A DNA stretch of 64,000 bases from Eledone cirrhosa (taxonomy: Eukaryota), in assembly GCA_964016885.1 (NCBI GenBank), contig OZ024749.1, positions 24,366,001 to 24,430,000 on the forward strand, given 5' to 3'. Each line of letters opens with the position of its first letter. Within the stretch, counting starts at the first letter, position 1. Position numbers and translations under genes: made by a program. A model generated the notes under the pieces. That model was not told the DNA's origin and ran no database searches. It saw only the letters and a list, made by a program, of their open reading frames with translations. Shown piece by piece: positions 26,172 to 38,736 of this stretch.

Positions 26172-28616
26172 TTAATTAGGTTTATAATATTTAAAGGTTT
26201 TTCTCAGTTTATGATTACACGATATTATTAATTCCTGTCGCTTATTTAATAGGATATCCTTAGATTTCATTATTTCAAAAAGTTCTTGGGAACATAATCT
26301 ACATTCATTTCTACTATTTTGATAAGGGGTGGCCCTTTTGAGCACACTCCAGGTCAGGTCATATTCTATATTCCTCTTTCTATAACTATTTATTATTTCA
26401 GCTAGAGATGTTGTATTAGCTAGTGCGGCATTTTTAAAACTATGTTTGTGGGTATTAAATCTTACATTAAATCTGTTAGAGGTAGCTCCTATATATGAAT
26501 AAATTGAGTCCTTAGTGTTAACTTTACATTTATATACTATGTTATTAACAAGGCAATTTCCTTTTAATGGACAGTTTGCCTTGTTTCTACAGTTACAACT
26601 TTTCGTGAATCCTGTATCTGAGGAGATATTATGGTTAGTTTGATGTACTGGTGGTATACTCATGTTTTTTTTTACATTTATATGCATTATAGGCACTTAT
26701 ATTTTGTTTTATGTTTTTGGTTGTTGAGTAGGAGAATTTAACCGTTGATCTATTTAAGATTTGATGGTATTTGTGGTTTGGCGGGAAGTTTTTCTCTAGG
26801 ATATTAAATAATGTTTTAGGTATATTATCCTTAATTTGTAAATTAAATGGAGCATTGTACCAACAAACTCGTCTATTACGGTTTCGATGTTGTTTATTGT
26901 TTTTTATAGGATGCCTCCTGATGTTTATTAAGAGAATTATTCTTAATGACCCACCACACACATTTTTAGTTAGAATTATTGATTTAGGTGTTTTAGCTTG
27001 TTTATTAGGAGTTTTATTATTAACATTTACTAGAGTTGTAGGATGAGTAGTTGTTTGAGAGTTACTATACTGTATATTAGAAGAGTTAGAGAAATTTGGT
27101 TTTATGTTGGTGTTTTGGTGTATAGTGTGAGTGGCATTTAGGTGTGTATGTTTCATTTGGTGTTTGTTGGTAATATTAGGTTGTATGTCTGTAGTGTTAT
27201 TGGTAGAAGGTATATATACTAATCTATTTTTGTGGCCACTTCTAGCTAGAGCTTCGTTATTTTTATCAAATACATCTTGGTTAGACGAAAGGTTAGAAAT
27301 TCTAAGTGATATATTATATGCAAGGTTTTTAAGGATAGATTTAGGGTGATTAGATTGTGAGTGTATGTAGTGTAAATTTTGGTTGGGTTTATGGTAAGGT
27401 TGGTAGATACCCGTAGATAAGTCTAATGTTATATCTAGGAAATTAACTACTTTACTTGTGTTTTCAAATGTAATATCTAGACTATAGTAGTCTTTGAGGA
27501 AAGTTCTAATAAGCTTTTTATTTTTTTCTATCTCTGAGAGGCTAAGGTTATTGGAAAGAAGAAGACAGTCGTCACGATATAAAACACATTTAAGGTGGGG
27601 AAAAGAAGCATTTATGTTAAAAAGAAGAAAGAGGCCCACAAGATCAGTAATTTGGGCAGAATCGCTTGAGCCCATAGTAATATCGAATAGATTACTATAT
27701 GTGTTTCTGGTCCAGTATTCATTCTGAAATTCCAATAGTGTTAGTCTAGCATGTGTAATAATATTAATGTTATCCAAAGTTAAGTTAGATCTATTTTTAG
27801 CAAATATCAAGGCTTTGTTCAGGAGTATAGGTGATATAGAAGAATAATAATTATCTATATCAAATTGTAGAAATGAAGCAGAGGATTTATTTCTAATATT
27901 ATTAAACCAGTTAATTACCTGGGATGTGTTTTCCCAGAGTCGTAAATTAACATGTTTTCTTAGTTGTGGGATGACTCTATCTAAAATTGTTTTACTAATT
28001 ATTCCAATATCAGATTTGGAAGGGCATATAAAAGCCTTATAGAAAGATTAGAGTTAAAGTTAGATTTATGATCTTTCAGGTTGAAGTGTGGTCTTTTCAA
28101 CGCCAAAGGTTCAGTTCTATCTTCAATATTAAGTCTATTCACTATGCTGTGTGTTTTGTTGTTGATGTTGGTAAGTGACGCATTATTTGTTTTTCTATAA
28201 TTTTTCCTGAGTTCTTTATATATGAACTCATTGTAATTTTCAATATCCATGTGATATAGATTTCCAGTTTTGTTCGAGAGGACATGGATTTTTTTAGATT
28301 TGTTTAGGTCCAATAGGGTAGAATCAAGGTCCTTTTGAAAATTAGATTTATACCTCTTAAATTTGAGGTGTTTGATTAAATTAAAAAGGTCTTTCTCAAA
28401 GTTTTCAAGTAAGGAGTTGTGTGGTGGATTTTTATATGTAGTGACATCATACAAATATTTCCCATCAGTACATTTTGTTTTTTTATCGAAGTGGTAGGCC
28501 CTCCATCTGACTCTTCTGATAAATTGGTTGGTTTTTTGTATCATAAGAAGTAAGAAATCATTCTTAGAAGGTAATGGTATATTCTTTTAAAAAGTGCCCA
28601 AGTATTGTTTTTCCAT
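26172..28616 (-). pseudogene. Frameshifted PLE RT + GIY-YIG (Naiad-like)
   Basis: SNKTGNLY, LKDHK, FDITMGS.DSA, LYRDD, NFLD, WYNAPF, CNCR..CPL..C, YIG.T..RF..H, CRLC..E, LN across three frames. Confidence 0.9.
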
Positions 28617-28953
28617 TGTGATATGGATAATGGACAAGAAAAAGAGCTCAACTATTTGTATATGGAGTTATAAAGTTATACACATATATGTATATATATA
28701 TAAATATATATACACATACAATATAAAATTAAGAATATCCCCATGAAAATAGGAGCAAAGTATGTAGATAAATCTACCAAAAGTTTACGGTTGTGTCCAA
28801 TCCGTATAAAGAACTCAATGTAATCCGGATATCATGAAAAGAGAAGAAGCATTCAAAAACTACTTTCGGTGAAAAATAAACGGAAAACAGAGTCAAGATA
28901 AATTAATAAAATAATGAATAAACAAAGAAACAGTTCCTTATATTAAAAAAAAT

Positions 28954-29095
28954 TCATCATTTTACGATCGTTTCTAGGATATATATGTGTTAGAGTTGGT
29001 ATGCATATTCTATAGATCTATGTACAATATTTATACAAACTATCAGAGGGAATATACATACCTACACATATATATGCTGTCTTCAGAAATAATGA
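28954..29095 (-). ncRNA. Type I hammerhead (family N1)
   Basis: Same motif as 30248-30389. Confidence 0.8.
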
Positions 29096-30247
29096 TATTT
29101 GTTTATTGAAAAAACAAAGATTCAATACAATAGGTCTGTTTGGGAACAGGTTTTGAATTGACCAATAGAGAGATAGTGAGGGTCAGGATAGTAATATAGT
29201 AGTAGAAGAACCTTAAATTATGGGTAGAGGAAGGTAGATTTCAGTTTTGGATGGAAAATAATATTATGAATGAAGGATTATTTTAGGGAAGAAATAGGTC
29301 TTATGCTGACCTCAGAAATAATTTTGTTTGTTCATTGAATAAAACCAACAAAGATCTAATATATTCTGTCTGTATGGTAAGAGGTTTAGAATTAACCAAT
29401 AGAAAGTTAATAATTGGCCAAATGGTAAAATAGTAGTAATTGAAACTTATTTTAGGGGTGAAAATAGGTCTGGTGGTCAGTAAAAGGTATACAAGTAGTT
29501 GCTGTTATAAAATAGTAATGCCAATACAAATATCTAAGGTGACTAAAGTTTTAAGATAAGAATGTTAGTGAAAAAAATACATCTATGAAAAGAATATAAA
29601 TTGATTTAATATTATTTTTATATTCTTTTAATTTCCCCTCATCTTTAACAGCACTTTTCAACTGCATCTAACTCTTATTTATCATATCTATATGTATTAG
29701 TATAATTTTATCAATATAAATTATACCCATCAATTAAATTAATTTATATTCTTTTCATAGATGTATTTTTTTCACTAACATTCTTATCTTATAACTTTAG
29801 TCATCTTAGATATTTGTATTGGCATTACTATTTTATAACAGCAACTGCTTGTATACCTTTTACTGACCACCTGACATATTTTCACCCCTAAAATAAGCTT
29901 CAATTACTACTCTTTTACTATTTGGCCAATTATTAACTTTCTATTGGTTAATTCTAAACCTCTTCCCATACAGACGGAATATATTAGATCTTTGTTGGTT
30001 TTATTCACTGAATAAATAAAATTATTTCTGAGGTCAGCATAAGACCTATTTCTTCCCTAAAATAATCCTTCATTCATAATATTCTTTTCCATCCAAAACT
30101 GAAATCTACCTTCCTCTACCCATAATTTAAGGTTCTTCTACTACTATATTACTATCCTGACCCTCACTATCTCTCTATTGGTCAATTCAAAACCTGTTCC
30201 CAAACAGACCTATTGTATTGAATCTTTGTTTTTTCAATAAACAAATA

Positions 30248-30389
30248 TCATTATTTCTGAAGACAGCATATATATGTGTAGGTATGTATATTCCCTCTGA
30301 TAGTTTGTATAAATATTGTACATAGATCTATAGAATATGCATACCAACTCTAACTCATGTATATCCTAGAAACGATCGTAAAATGATGA
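30248..30389 (+). ncRNA. Type I hammerhead (family N1) with ~105-nt stem II
   Basis: tcattattt/aaatgatga stem I, CTGAAGA, GAAAC-gatc-GTA palindromic stem III. Confidence 0.8.
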
Positions 30390-30439
30390 ATTTTTTTTAA
30401 TATAAGGAACTGTTTTTTTGTTTATTCATTATTTTATTA

Positions 30440-30504
<65 letters not shown>

Positions 30505-30633
30505 CATATATATATTCATATATATATACATATATATATGTATATACATATATATACATATATATACATATATGTACATATATATATACATATATATATA
30601 CATATATATACATATATATATACATATATGTAC

Positions 30634-30666
<33 letters not shown>

Positions 30667-30777
30667 CATATATATACATATATATATACATATATATATA
30701 CATATATATACATATATATATATACATATAAGCACATATATATAAATATATATACATATATATATATATATATTTTT

Positions 30778-31185
30778 TTTTTTCTCGATTCTTCTCTCCA
30801 TTCGAACCCATTCATTCAATCACTTCTATGTCCTAATTTCACACTATATCATATTTTCACCATCCTATATCATATCTTTTCTCTAAAAATCATATTTCCC
30901 CTATCACCGCATTTTCTCTACCGTATTTTCTTAAACAAAACAAATCTTGTATTTTCGTTTATTGTTAAATTATGCCCAAAATTTTTTCTCGATTCTTCTC
31001 TCCATTCGAACCCATTCATTCAATCACTTCTATGTCCTAAATTCACACTATATCATATTTTCACCATTATATATCATATCTTTTCTCTAAAAATCATATT
31101 TTCCCTATCACCGCATTTTCTCTATCGTAATTTCTTAAACAAAACAAATCTTGTATTTTCGTTTATTGTTAAATCATGCCCAAAA
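30778..31185. repeat. ~204-bp tandem duplication upstream of the RTE
   Basis: ttttttctcgattcttctctccattcg...atgcccaaaat twice, few mismatches. Confidence 0.9.
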
Positions 31186-31583
31186 TACGGCGATCTTATC
31201 TTAAACCTTACATTCTCGCTAACAACCCATCATCCCTCCCTCCCGCCCCCACGCACCACCATTATTACGTGGACCAATCATAAGTCAGAGGCCCATACTA
31301 TCGCTTAACTGGTTGCTTTTCGATATGATGGATGGACTACGGAATTCTGGAGAGTTGAAGAGAGAAAAATGTGGACGCTCAGCGACAATGCCAAAGATAA
31401 AGCCAAATTCACCTCGTGGACGAGAATGCAAGAACTCCTCCTTGTTTCGGCCCAGGATGGCTAACATAACCCCATCCCCCCCCCGCGCCCAACCGCTCCC
31501 ACCCTCCAAACGCAATCCAAAACTTCAGAGTTGGTACCATAAATGTAGGCACCTTAAAGGGTCGCTCTAACGAGGTTGTAGAA

Positions 31584-34559
31584 ATGCTTGAACGTAAGGA
31601 GGTCGATGTTTGTTGTATTCAAGAGACCAGGTGGAGGGGAGGGTCGGCTAGATTCATCGTGGGTAAAGAGCGATGCTATAAGCTTTTCTGGGTGGGAAAT
31701 GACAATGGGTTGGGTGGGGTAGGAATCATGGTAGCAGAAAAGTGGGCAGATAAGATAATAGACGTAAATAGAGTGAACGACAGAATAATTAAAATAAGAC
31801 TTGTCCTCAATAAAACTACGGTGACAGTAATATCTGCGTACGCACCCCAATCCGGACTGCCCCGCGCTATAAAAGACAGATTCTACGAGACACTGATGCT
31901 CGCTACCTCCCAAATAACCGACAGTGACTATATAGTTATTGCAGGCGACCTAAATGGTCACGTTGGACAACATTGTGACGGCTATGACGGAATCCATGGA
32001 GGCTATGGGTTCGGTACTAGAAATGAGGAAGGCTCCAGAATCCTGGAATTCTGCGACGCAAATAACTTAACTATCTGTAACACTAACTTCAAAAAACGAG
32101 ACAATCACTTGATCACCTATAGATCGGGGGAACACACAAGCCAGGTAGATTATATCCTTACCAGAAGACGTGACAGAGTGTCTGTTGTTAACACTAAATC
32201 CCACCCCCATGAAGAATTCACCTCCCAACATAGACTGATAATTAGCGACCTCATAGTCAGGACGAGACGTACTAGACAGCGAAAGAGGACTATCCTCAGG
32301 AGAAAAATATGGAAGCTAAAGGACCCTATAGCCAGAAGTAAATTTCAAAGCAAATTACTTGACGCTTTCGACAGTAAGGAAGAGCAATTAGAGTCGTATA
32401 ATATAGAGGAACAGTGGGAATTCCTGAGAGCAAACTTGCTGACGGCGGCAGACGAAGTCTGTGGCTGGAGCAGGCCTGTAGGTAGGAGGAGAGTAACATG
32501 GTGGTGGAACAGTAAGGTGGAGGAGTCAATTAAGGCCAAAAAGCAGGCTTGGAAAGTATGGCGGGATGGGGGAAGTAGAGAAGACTATCAAGTGGCCAGG
32601 AGGGAAGCTAGGAGACAAGTGTACTTCGCAAGAAGGGAAGCAGAGGAAAGAAAGTTCAAGCATGTTCTACAACGTGAGGACCAAAAACGTGAGGTGTTCA
32701 GGATTGCCAGGCAATGTGTCAAGGAAAACCGTGATATTGTCGGGGAGAAGTGTGTACTTAACGATGATGGCATACTTGCCATCACCGTCGCTGATAAGAA
32801 GGTAGCTTGGAAGTGTCACTACGAAAGGCTTCTAAATGAGGAGAACAAATGGGAGAAAGACAGTCTCCCCCAGATCGATCCAATAGAGGGACCAGCAGTG
32901 TTAGTTGAAGGTAGTATAATAAGTAAGGCAATCAAAGATATGAAGACGGGTAAGGCGGCTGGGCCTTCGGAAATAGTTGCTAAGATGCTGAAGGCATCTG
33001 GTTCGGTGGGACACACCATGGTCACCCGGATAGTTAACCAAGTCGTACAGAATGGGGTTGTTCCGAAGGAATGGCGTAGCAGCATCATCGTTAACTGCTA
33101 TAAGGGAAAAGGAGATGCCCTAGATAGGAGTAACTATAGAGGCATTAAATTAATCGACCAGGTCATGAAGGTCACGGAAAAAGTAATAGCGCAACTAATC
33201 AGAGAGAGAATTGATCTAGATGAAATGCAGTTAGGGTTTGTGTCAGGCAGAAGTACCACAGACGCTCTTTTCATTGTACGACAACTACAGGAGAAGTACC
33301 TAGCTAAAAGTAAACCCCTATACTTAGCTTTTGTCGACTTGGAGAAAGCCTTCGACAGAGTCCCCCGTTCCATTATCTGGTGGTCTCTTAGAAAACTAGG
33401 TGTTGACGAATGGCTTGTGAGAGCTATACAAGCCATGTATAAAGAAACAGTCAGTAAGGTTAGAATTAACAACGAATATAGTGAAGAGTTTAGCGTAAAA
33501 GTTGGTGTCCATCAGGGCTCTGTACTTAGCCCCCTACTATTTATTATTGCCCTTCAGGCTATAACAGAGGAGTTCAAGACCGGCTGCCCATGGGAACTCC
33601 TATACGCAGATGATCTAACGCTCATAGCTGAATCAATGACCGAACTAGAGAAGAAATTCCAAACGTGGAAGCACGGCCTAGAATCAAAAGGCCTTAAAAT
33701 TAACCTAGCTAAGACTAAAGTTCTAGTTTGTAGGAAAGAAAATAAGGCGGCGGTCCCATCGGGGAAATGGCCATGCTCAGTGTGTAGGAAAGGCGTAGGT
33801 AGAAACTCCATTTTATGTCCCAAATGCAAAGTATGGGTGCATAAAAGATGTAGTGGGATCACAGGTAAGCTAACTAAGAACATAGATTTTACATGTGGCC
33901 GGTGCTCTGGTGCAATAAGTAGCAGCAAGTGCCCACAAAATACTAGCTCCTTCAACTGCGCAGAGGGTTCTATAGAAATAGTGGACAGCTTCCGTTATCT
34001 GGGTGACAAAATCAGCAGTGGGGGAGGGTGCTCTGAGAGTACAGTAGCTAGAGTCAGAACTGGATGGAAAAAGTTCAGAGAGCTTATACCACTATTAGCC
34101 GCTAGAGGGTTCTCCCTAAAAATGAAAGGCAGGTTATACGATGCCTGCATACGAACAGCAATGCTGCATGGCAGTGAGACCTGGGCATTGTGTGCAGAGG
34201 ATATACGCAGACTAGAGAGGGACGAAGCTTGCATGCTCCGCTGGATGTGCAATAGTAATATACGTGAACGGCAAAGCATAAACGAACTAAGGAAAAAATT
34301 AGAAATAAGAGGGATCAGATGTTGTTTACTCGAGAGAAGGCTACGTTGGTACGGTCACGTGATGCGCATGAAAGACGACAGCTGTATAACAAAGTGCAGG
34401 GCAATAAAGATAGACGGTAGCCACGGAGTAGGCAGACCCAGAAAAACATGGGACGAGCTGATAAATTCCGACCTCACACGCTTACACCTCTCCAAGACAA
34501 TGTCACTGGACCGAGACCTTTGGCGGTACTCAGTAATAGAGAAGACCCGCCTTACCTAA
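31584..34559 (+). CDS. APE endonuclease + reverse transcriptase with PHD-like Cys/His finger (RTE clade)
   Basis: IQETRW, SAYAPQ, GDLNGH, DYIL, SQHR; KGKGD..NYRGI, FVDLEKAFD, GVHQGSVLSP, YADD, YLG; RRLRWYGHV.R, GRPRKTW. Confidence 0.95.
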   Translation: MLERKEVDVCCIQETRWRGGSARFIVGKERCYKLFWVGNDNGLGGVGIMVAEKWADKIIDVNRVNDRIIKIRLVLNKTTVTVISAYAPQSGLPRAIKDRFYETLMLATSQITDSDYIVIAGDLNGHVGQHCDGYDGIHGGYGFGTRNEEGSRILEFCDANNLTICNTNFKKRDNHLITYRSGEHTSQVDYILTRRRDRVSVVNTKSHPHEEFTSQHRLIISDLIVRTRRTRQRKRTILRRKIWKLKDPIARSKFQSKLLDAFDSKEEQLESYNIEEQWEFLRANLLTAADEVCGWSRPVGRRRVTWWWNSKVEESIKAKKQAWKVWRDGGSREDYQVARREARRQVYFARREAEERKFKHVLQREDQKREVFRIARQCVKENRDIVGEKCVLNDDGILAITVADKKVAWKCHYERLLNEENKWEKDSLPQIDPIEGPAVLVEGSIISKAIKDMKTGKAAGPSEIVAKMLKASGSVGHTMVTRIVNQVVQNGVVPKEWRSSIIVNCYKGKGDALDRSNYRGIKLIDQVMKVTEKVIAQLIRERIDLDEMQLGFVSGRSTTDALFIVRQLQEKYLAKSKPLYLAFVDLEKAFDRVPRSIIWWSLRKLGVDEWLVRAIQAMYKETVSKVRINNEYSEEFSVKVGVHQGSVLSPLLFIIALQAITEEFKTGCPWELLYADDLTLIAESMTELEKKFQTWKHGLESKGLKINLAKTKVLVCRKENKAAVPSGKWPCSVCRKGVGRNSILCPKCKVWVHKRCSGITGKLTKNIDFTCGRCSGAISSSKCPQNTSSFNCAEGSIEIVDSFRYLGDKISSGGGCSESTVARVRTGWKKFRELIPLLAARGFSLKMKGRLYDACIRTAMLHGSETWALCAEDIRRLERDEACMLRWMCNSNIRERQSINELRKKLEIRGIRCCLLERRLRWYGHVMRMKDDSCITKCRAIKIDGSHGVGRPRKTWDELINSDLTRLHLSKTMSLDRDLWRYSVIEKTRLT

Positions 34560-34728
34560 ATACAAAGTAAAAACCTACTACAGTCAGTAGACACCTCTAT
34601 CAAAACACACCCCCGTCCCACCACCTCCACCCCACCCACACCGCCCCTTTCAATGTAAAGTTATGTTGGTCCCACAACATCCAGGCCGAAACAAATGAGA
34701 TCGTGTAGGTGTCACGACAAAAAACACA

Positions 34729-34957
34729 CAGTCCACGCTGTAAATGTGGCCGTGTAGGCAACACGGTAAAAACCTCCCAGCCCCACACTGTAGATGTGGT
34801 TGGTGTTAGGAAGGGCATCCAGCTGTAGAAAACCCGCCAGACAGTCCACGCTGTAATGTGGCCGTGTAGGCAACACGGTAAAAACCTCCCAGCCCCACAC
34901 TGTAAATGTGGTTGGTGTTAGGAAGGGCATCCAGCTGTAGAAAACCCGCCAGACAGT
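34729..34957 (+). repeat. ~112-bp tandem duplication in the RTE 3' UTR
   Basis: cagtccacgctgta...gttaggaagggcatccagctgtagaaaacccgccaga twice. Confidence 0.9.
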
Positions 34958-35209
34958 CCTATGCGAGCAAGACAACCACTCTTGCCTCAAGTGGGAAAAC
35001 CCCCGTCCAAACCCGTGCAAGCGTGGAACACGGACGCTAAACCTGATGATGATGATGATATACATATATATATACATATATATATATACATATACATATA
35101 TATATACATATATATACACTTATATATACATATATATATATATACATATACATATATATATATATACATATATATATATACATATATATACTTATATATA
35201 TACACATAT

Positions 35210-35240
<31 letters not shown>

Positions 35241-35271
35241 TATACATATATATATATATACATACATATAC

Positions 35272-35308
<37 letters not shown>

Positions 35309-35393
35309 CATATATATATACATATATATATACATATATATATATACATATATATACATATATATATACATATATATATATACATATATATAC

Positions 35394-35425
<32 letters not shown>

Positions 35426-35429
35426 ATAC

Positions 35430-35466
<37 letters not shown>

Positions 35467-35735
35467 CATATATATACATATACATATATATACATATATA
35501 TACATATATATATATATACATACATATACATATATATATATATATATATACACATATATTTATATATATATATATGTATAAATATATGTATACATACGTG
35601 TAATATATATATACATATATGTATACATATATGTATACATACCTGTAATATATATATACATATATGTATACATATATGTATACTTATATGTATATGTATA
35701 CATACGTGTAATATATATATACATATACAACATAT

Positions 35736-35924
35736 GCAACACGTTAAAAACCTCCCAGCCCCACACTGTAAATGTGGTTGGTGTTAGGAAGGGCATCCAG
35801 CTGTAGAAAACCCGCCAGACAGTCCTATGCGAGCAAGACAACCACTCTTGCCTCAAGTGGGAAAACCCCCGTCCAAACCCATGCAAGCGTGGAACACGGA
35901 CGCTAAACCTGATGATGATGATGA
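35736..35924 (+). mobile_element. Second copy of the RTE 3' end
   Basis: Near-identical to 34870-35058 including the (GAT)n tail. Confidence 0.9.
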
Positions 35925-36100
35925 TATACATATATATATACATATATATATATACATATACATATATATATACATATATATACACTTATATAAACATATA
36001 TATATACATATATATACATAATATATACATATATATATATATACATATACATATATATATATATACATATATATATATACATATATATACTTATATATAT

Positions 36101-36158
<58 letters not shown>

Positions 36159-36212
36159 GTACATATACATACATACATGTATACATATATGTATACATAT
36201 ATGTATACATAC

Positions 36213-36269
<57 letters not shown>

Positions 36270-36383
36270 AAGGAAAAGCGAAGTATTTTCAGATGTTCAA
36301 GTCGTTTAATTCGATATTTAGTCCGTCACACCTATGTGGAAAAAGTACGTTGAGTGCTTGAATTGAATTCATCAATGTTTACC

Positions 36384-36421
<38 letters not shown>

Positions 36422-36424
<3 letters not shown>

Positions 36425-36807
36425 GCAAGTAAAAAATTAGCGAGAATCGAATTTCAGCCCATGAGATAACGAGAAAAAACTTTCGAATTGTGAGGCAAGC
36501 GCTCAATAATTCAAATGAATTGGAGCTTACAACTTACGTTAAAGGCCAAACACACTGAGATGGTGGTCAATCTAATCATCCACACAGCGAAGATTCGATC
36601 TCCTATTTCGGGTCAAACAGATATACAGATATAAAAATATATAAAAATATAAATGTTTGATACTCACCCGGACCCCTGGAATGATGGTTAAATCCAGTGT
36701 TGGGGTTTCTGCGGCTCCATAAGTCATTTGCTGTCCACTTACATAAAGGATGTTAAGTTTCTCGTATCCTGACTGAACTAGGAGTTCGCGTTGTCAACAG
36801 GATTCTG

Positions 36808-36808
<1 letters not shown>
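36422..36808 (-). mobile_element. Diverged relative of the 49555-50400 retrozyme-like unit
   Basis: gctcaataattca..t.aat..gagct and acccggaccc...gggtttctgc shared; TA flanks. Confidence 0.7.
36666..36803 (-). ncRNA. Type I hammerhead, U3-A8 core, long stems II and III
   Basis: cctg-TTGACAA-c-gcg..ctcc...ggag.cgc-a-GAAACCCC..ctgga...tcca-GGGGTC-cggg. Confidence 0.6.
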
Positions 36809-36838
<30 letters not shown>

Positions 36839-36879
36839 ATACATATATATATATATACATATATATATACATACGTGTA

Positions 36880-36922
<43 letters not shown>

Positions 36923-36976
36923 TATATATACACATATATCTATACATACGTATAATATATATAAATATATATATAC

Positions 36977-37031
<55 letters not shown>

Positions 37032-37149
37032 CATATATATATATACATATATATATACATATATGAATACATAAACGTAATTTATATATATATACATATA
37101 TATATATATACATATATATACATATATATATATACGTATATATATATAC

Positions 37150-37180
<31 letters not shown>

Positions 37181-37193
37181 CATATATATATAC

Positions 37194-37260
<67 letters not shown>

Positions 37261-37274
37261 TGTATACATACGTG

Positions 37275-37324
<50 letters not shown>

Positions 37325-37668
37325 ACATAGGTGTAATATATATACGTTAACGTATATATATACGTATATGTATATATAAATATATATGTATATATACAAT
37401 ATATTAACAATTGGAAACTATATTTATAAAACCATATTTATTTTGATTATACCTATTTCAAGGGCCACCACGGCAAATCATGATGCGCTTTCATCAGATA
37501 AAATACAATACATATTAGTTGTATGAATAAATATTGACTACCCTGAAAAAAGACAACCTTAACGGTTGGAGCTTCCTGGATGTTTACTCCTATAATTTGT
37601 TGAGTGTTTTATATCAGTTATAAAAATAGTTTAAAGCTTGTTTCCAACAAATTCAATATAACCTCTGC

Positions 37669-37715
<47 letters not shown>

Positions 37716-37717
37716 CG

Positions 37718-37772
<55 letters not shown>

Positions 37773-37844
37773 GTATGTATATAGGTATATATAAATATAC
37801 GTTTATATATATATATGAATATATATATATGTATATATATATAC

Positions 37845-37934
<90 letters not shown>

Positions 37935-38392
37935 GTATATATACACCTATATACATACATATATATACATATGTTTATATATATACGTATATGTATACAT
38001 ACGTGTAATGTATATATATGTATACATACGTGTAATATATATATATGTATGCATACGTGTAATATATATATATATATATGTATAGATACGTGTAATATAT
38101 ATGTATACATATATGTATACATACGTGTAATATATATATATATATATATACATACGTGTAATATATATATATATATATTTATATACATATATATACGTAT
38201 ATATACACCTATATACATACATATATATACATATATTTATTATATATACGTATATGTATACATACGTGTAATGTATATATATATATATGTGTATACATAC
38301 GTGTAATGTATATATATATATATGTATACATACGTGTAATGTATATATATATATACATACGTGTAATATATATATATGTATGCATACGTGTA

Positions 38393-38424
<32 letters not shown>

Positions 38425-38456
38425 AGATACGTATAATATATATGTATACATACGTG

Positions 38457-38505
<49 letters not shown>

Positions 38506-38544
38506 CGCGTAATATATATATATATATATATATATACATACGCG

Positions 38545-38642
<98 letters not shown>

Positions 38643-38659
38643 GTATATGTATACATACG

Positions 38660-38730
<71 letters not shown>
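36808..38730. repeat. (TA)n field with catacgtgtaa higher-order units
   Basis: Direct reading. Confidence 0.95.
37397..37668. mobile_element. Family N2 short head-to-head insert with HHR (37439-37505, minus)
   Basis: Left part matches 45808-45940; right part matches tail 48612-48698; tattttat-CTGATGA-aag...ctt-GAAA-taggtata-atcaaaata. Confidence 0.7.

Positions 38731-38736
<6 letters not shown>

Larger units (their letters stand above)
24120..30443 (-). mobile_element. Near full-length PLE (family N1, Naiad-like) with direct and inverted pseudo-LTRs
   Basis: Direct pLTRs 24120-~25089 and 28765-29610, inverted pLTR ~29611-30443, decayed ORF between them. Confidence 0.9.
31190..35058 (+). mobile_element. 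RTE-clade LINE, apparently full length (5' boundary uncertain)
   Basis: Single APE-RT ORF, 3' UTR, (GAT)n tail running into (TA)n. Confidence 0.9.

Noticed and set aside
26172-26696. Selenocysteine recoding known from some Naiad PLEs
   Set aside because: Conserved Cys positions read as ordinary Cys; no in-frame TGA at those sites seen
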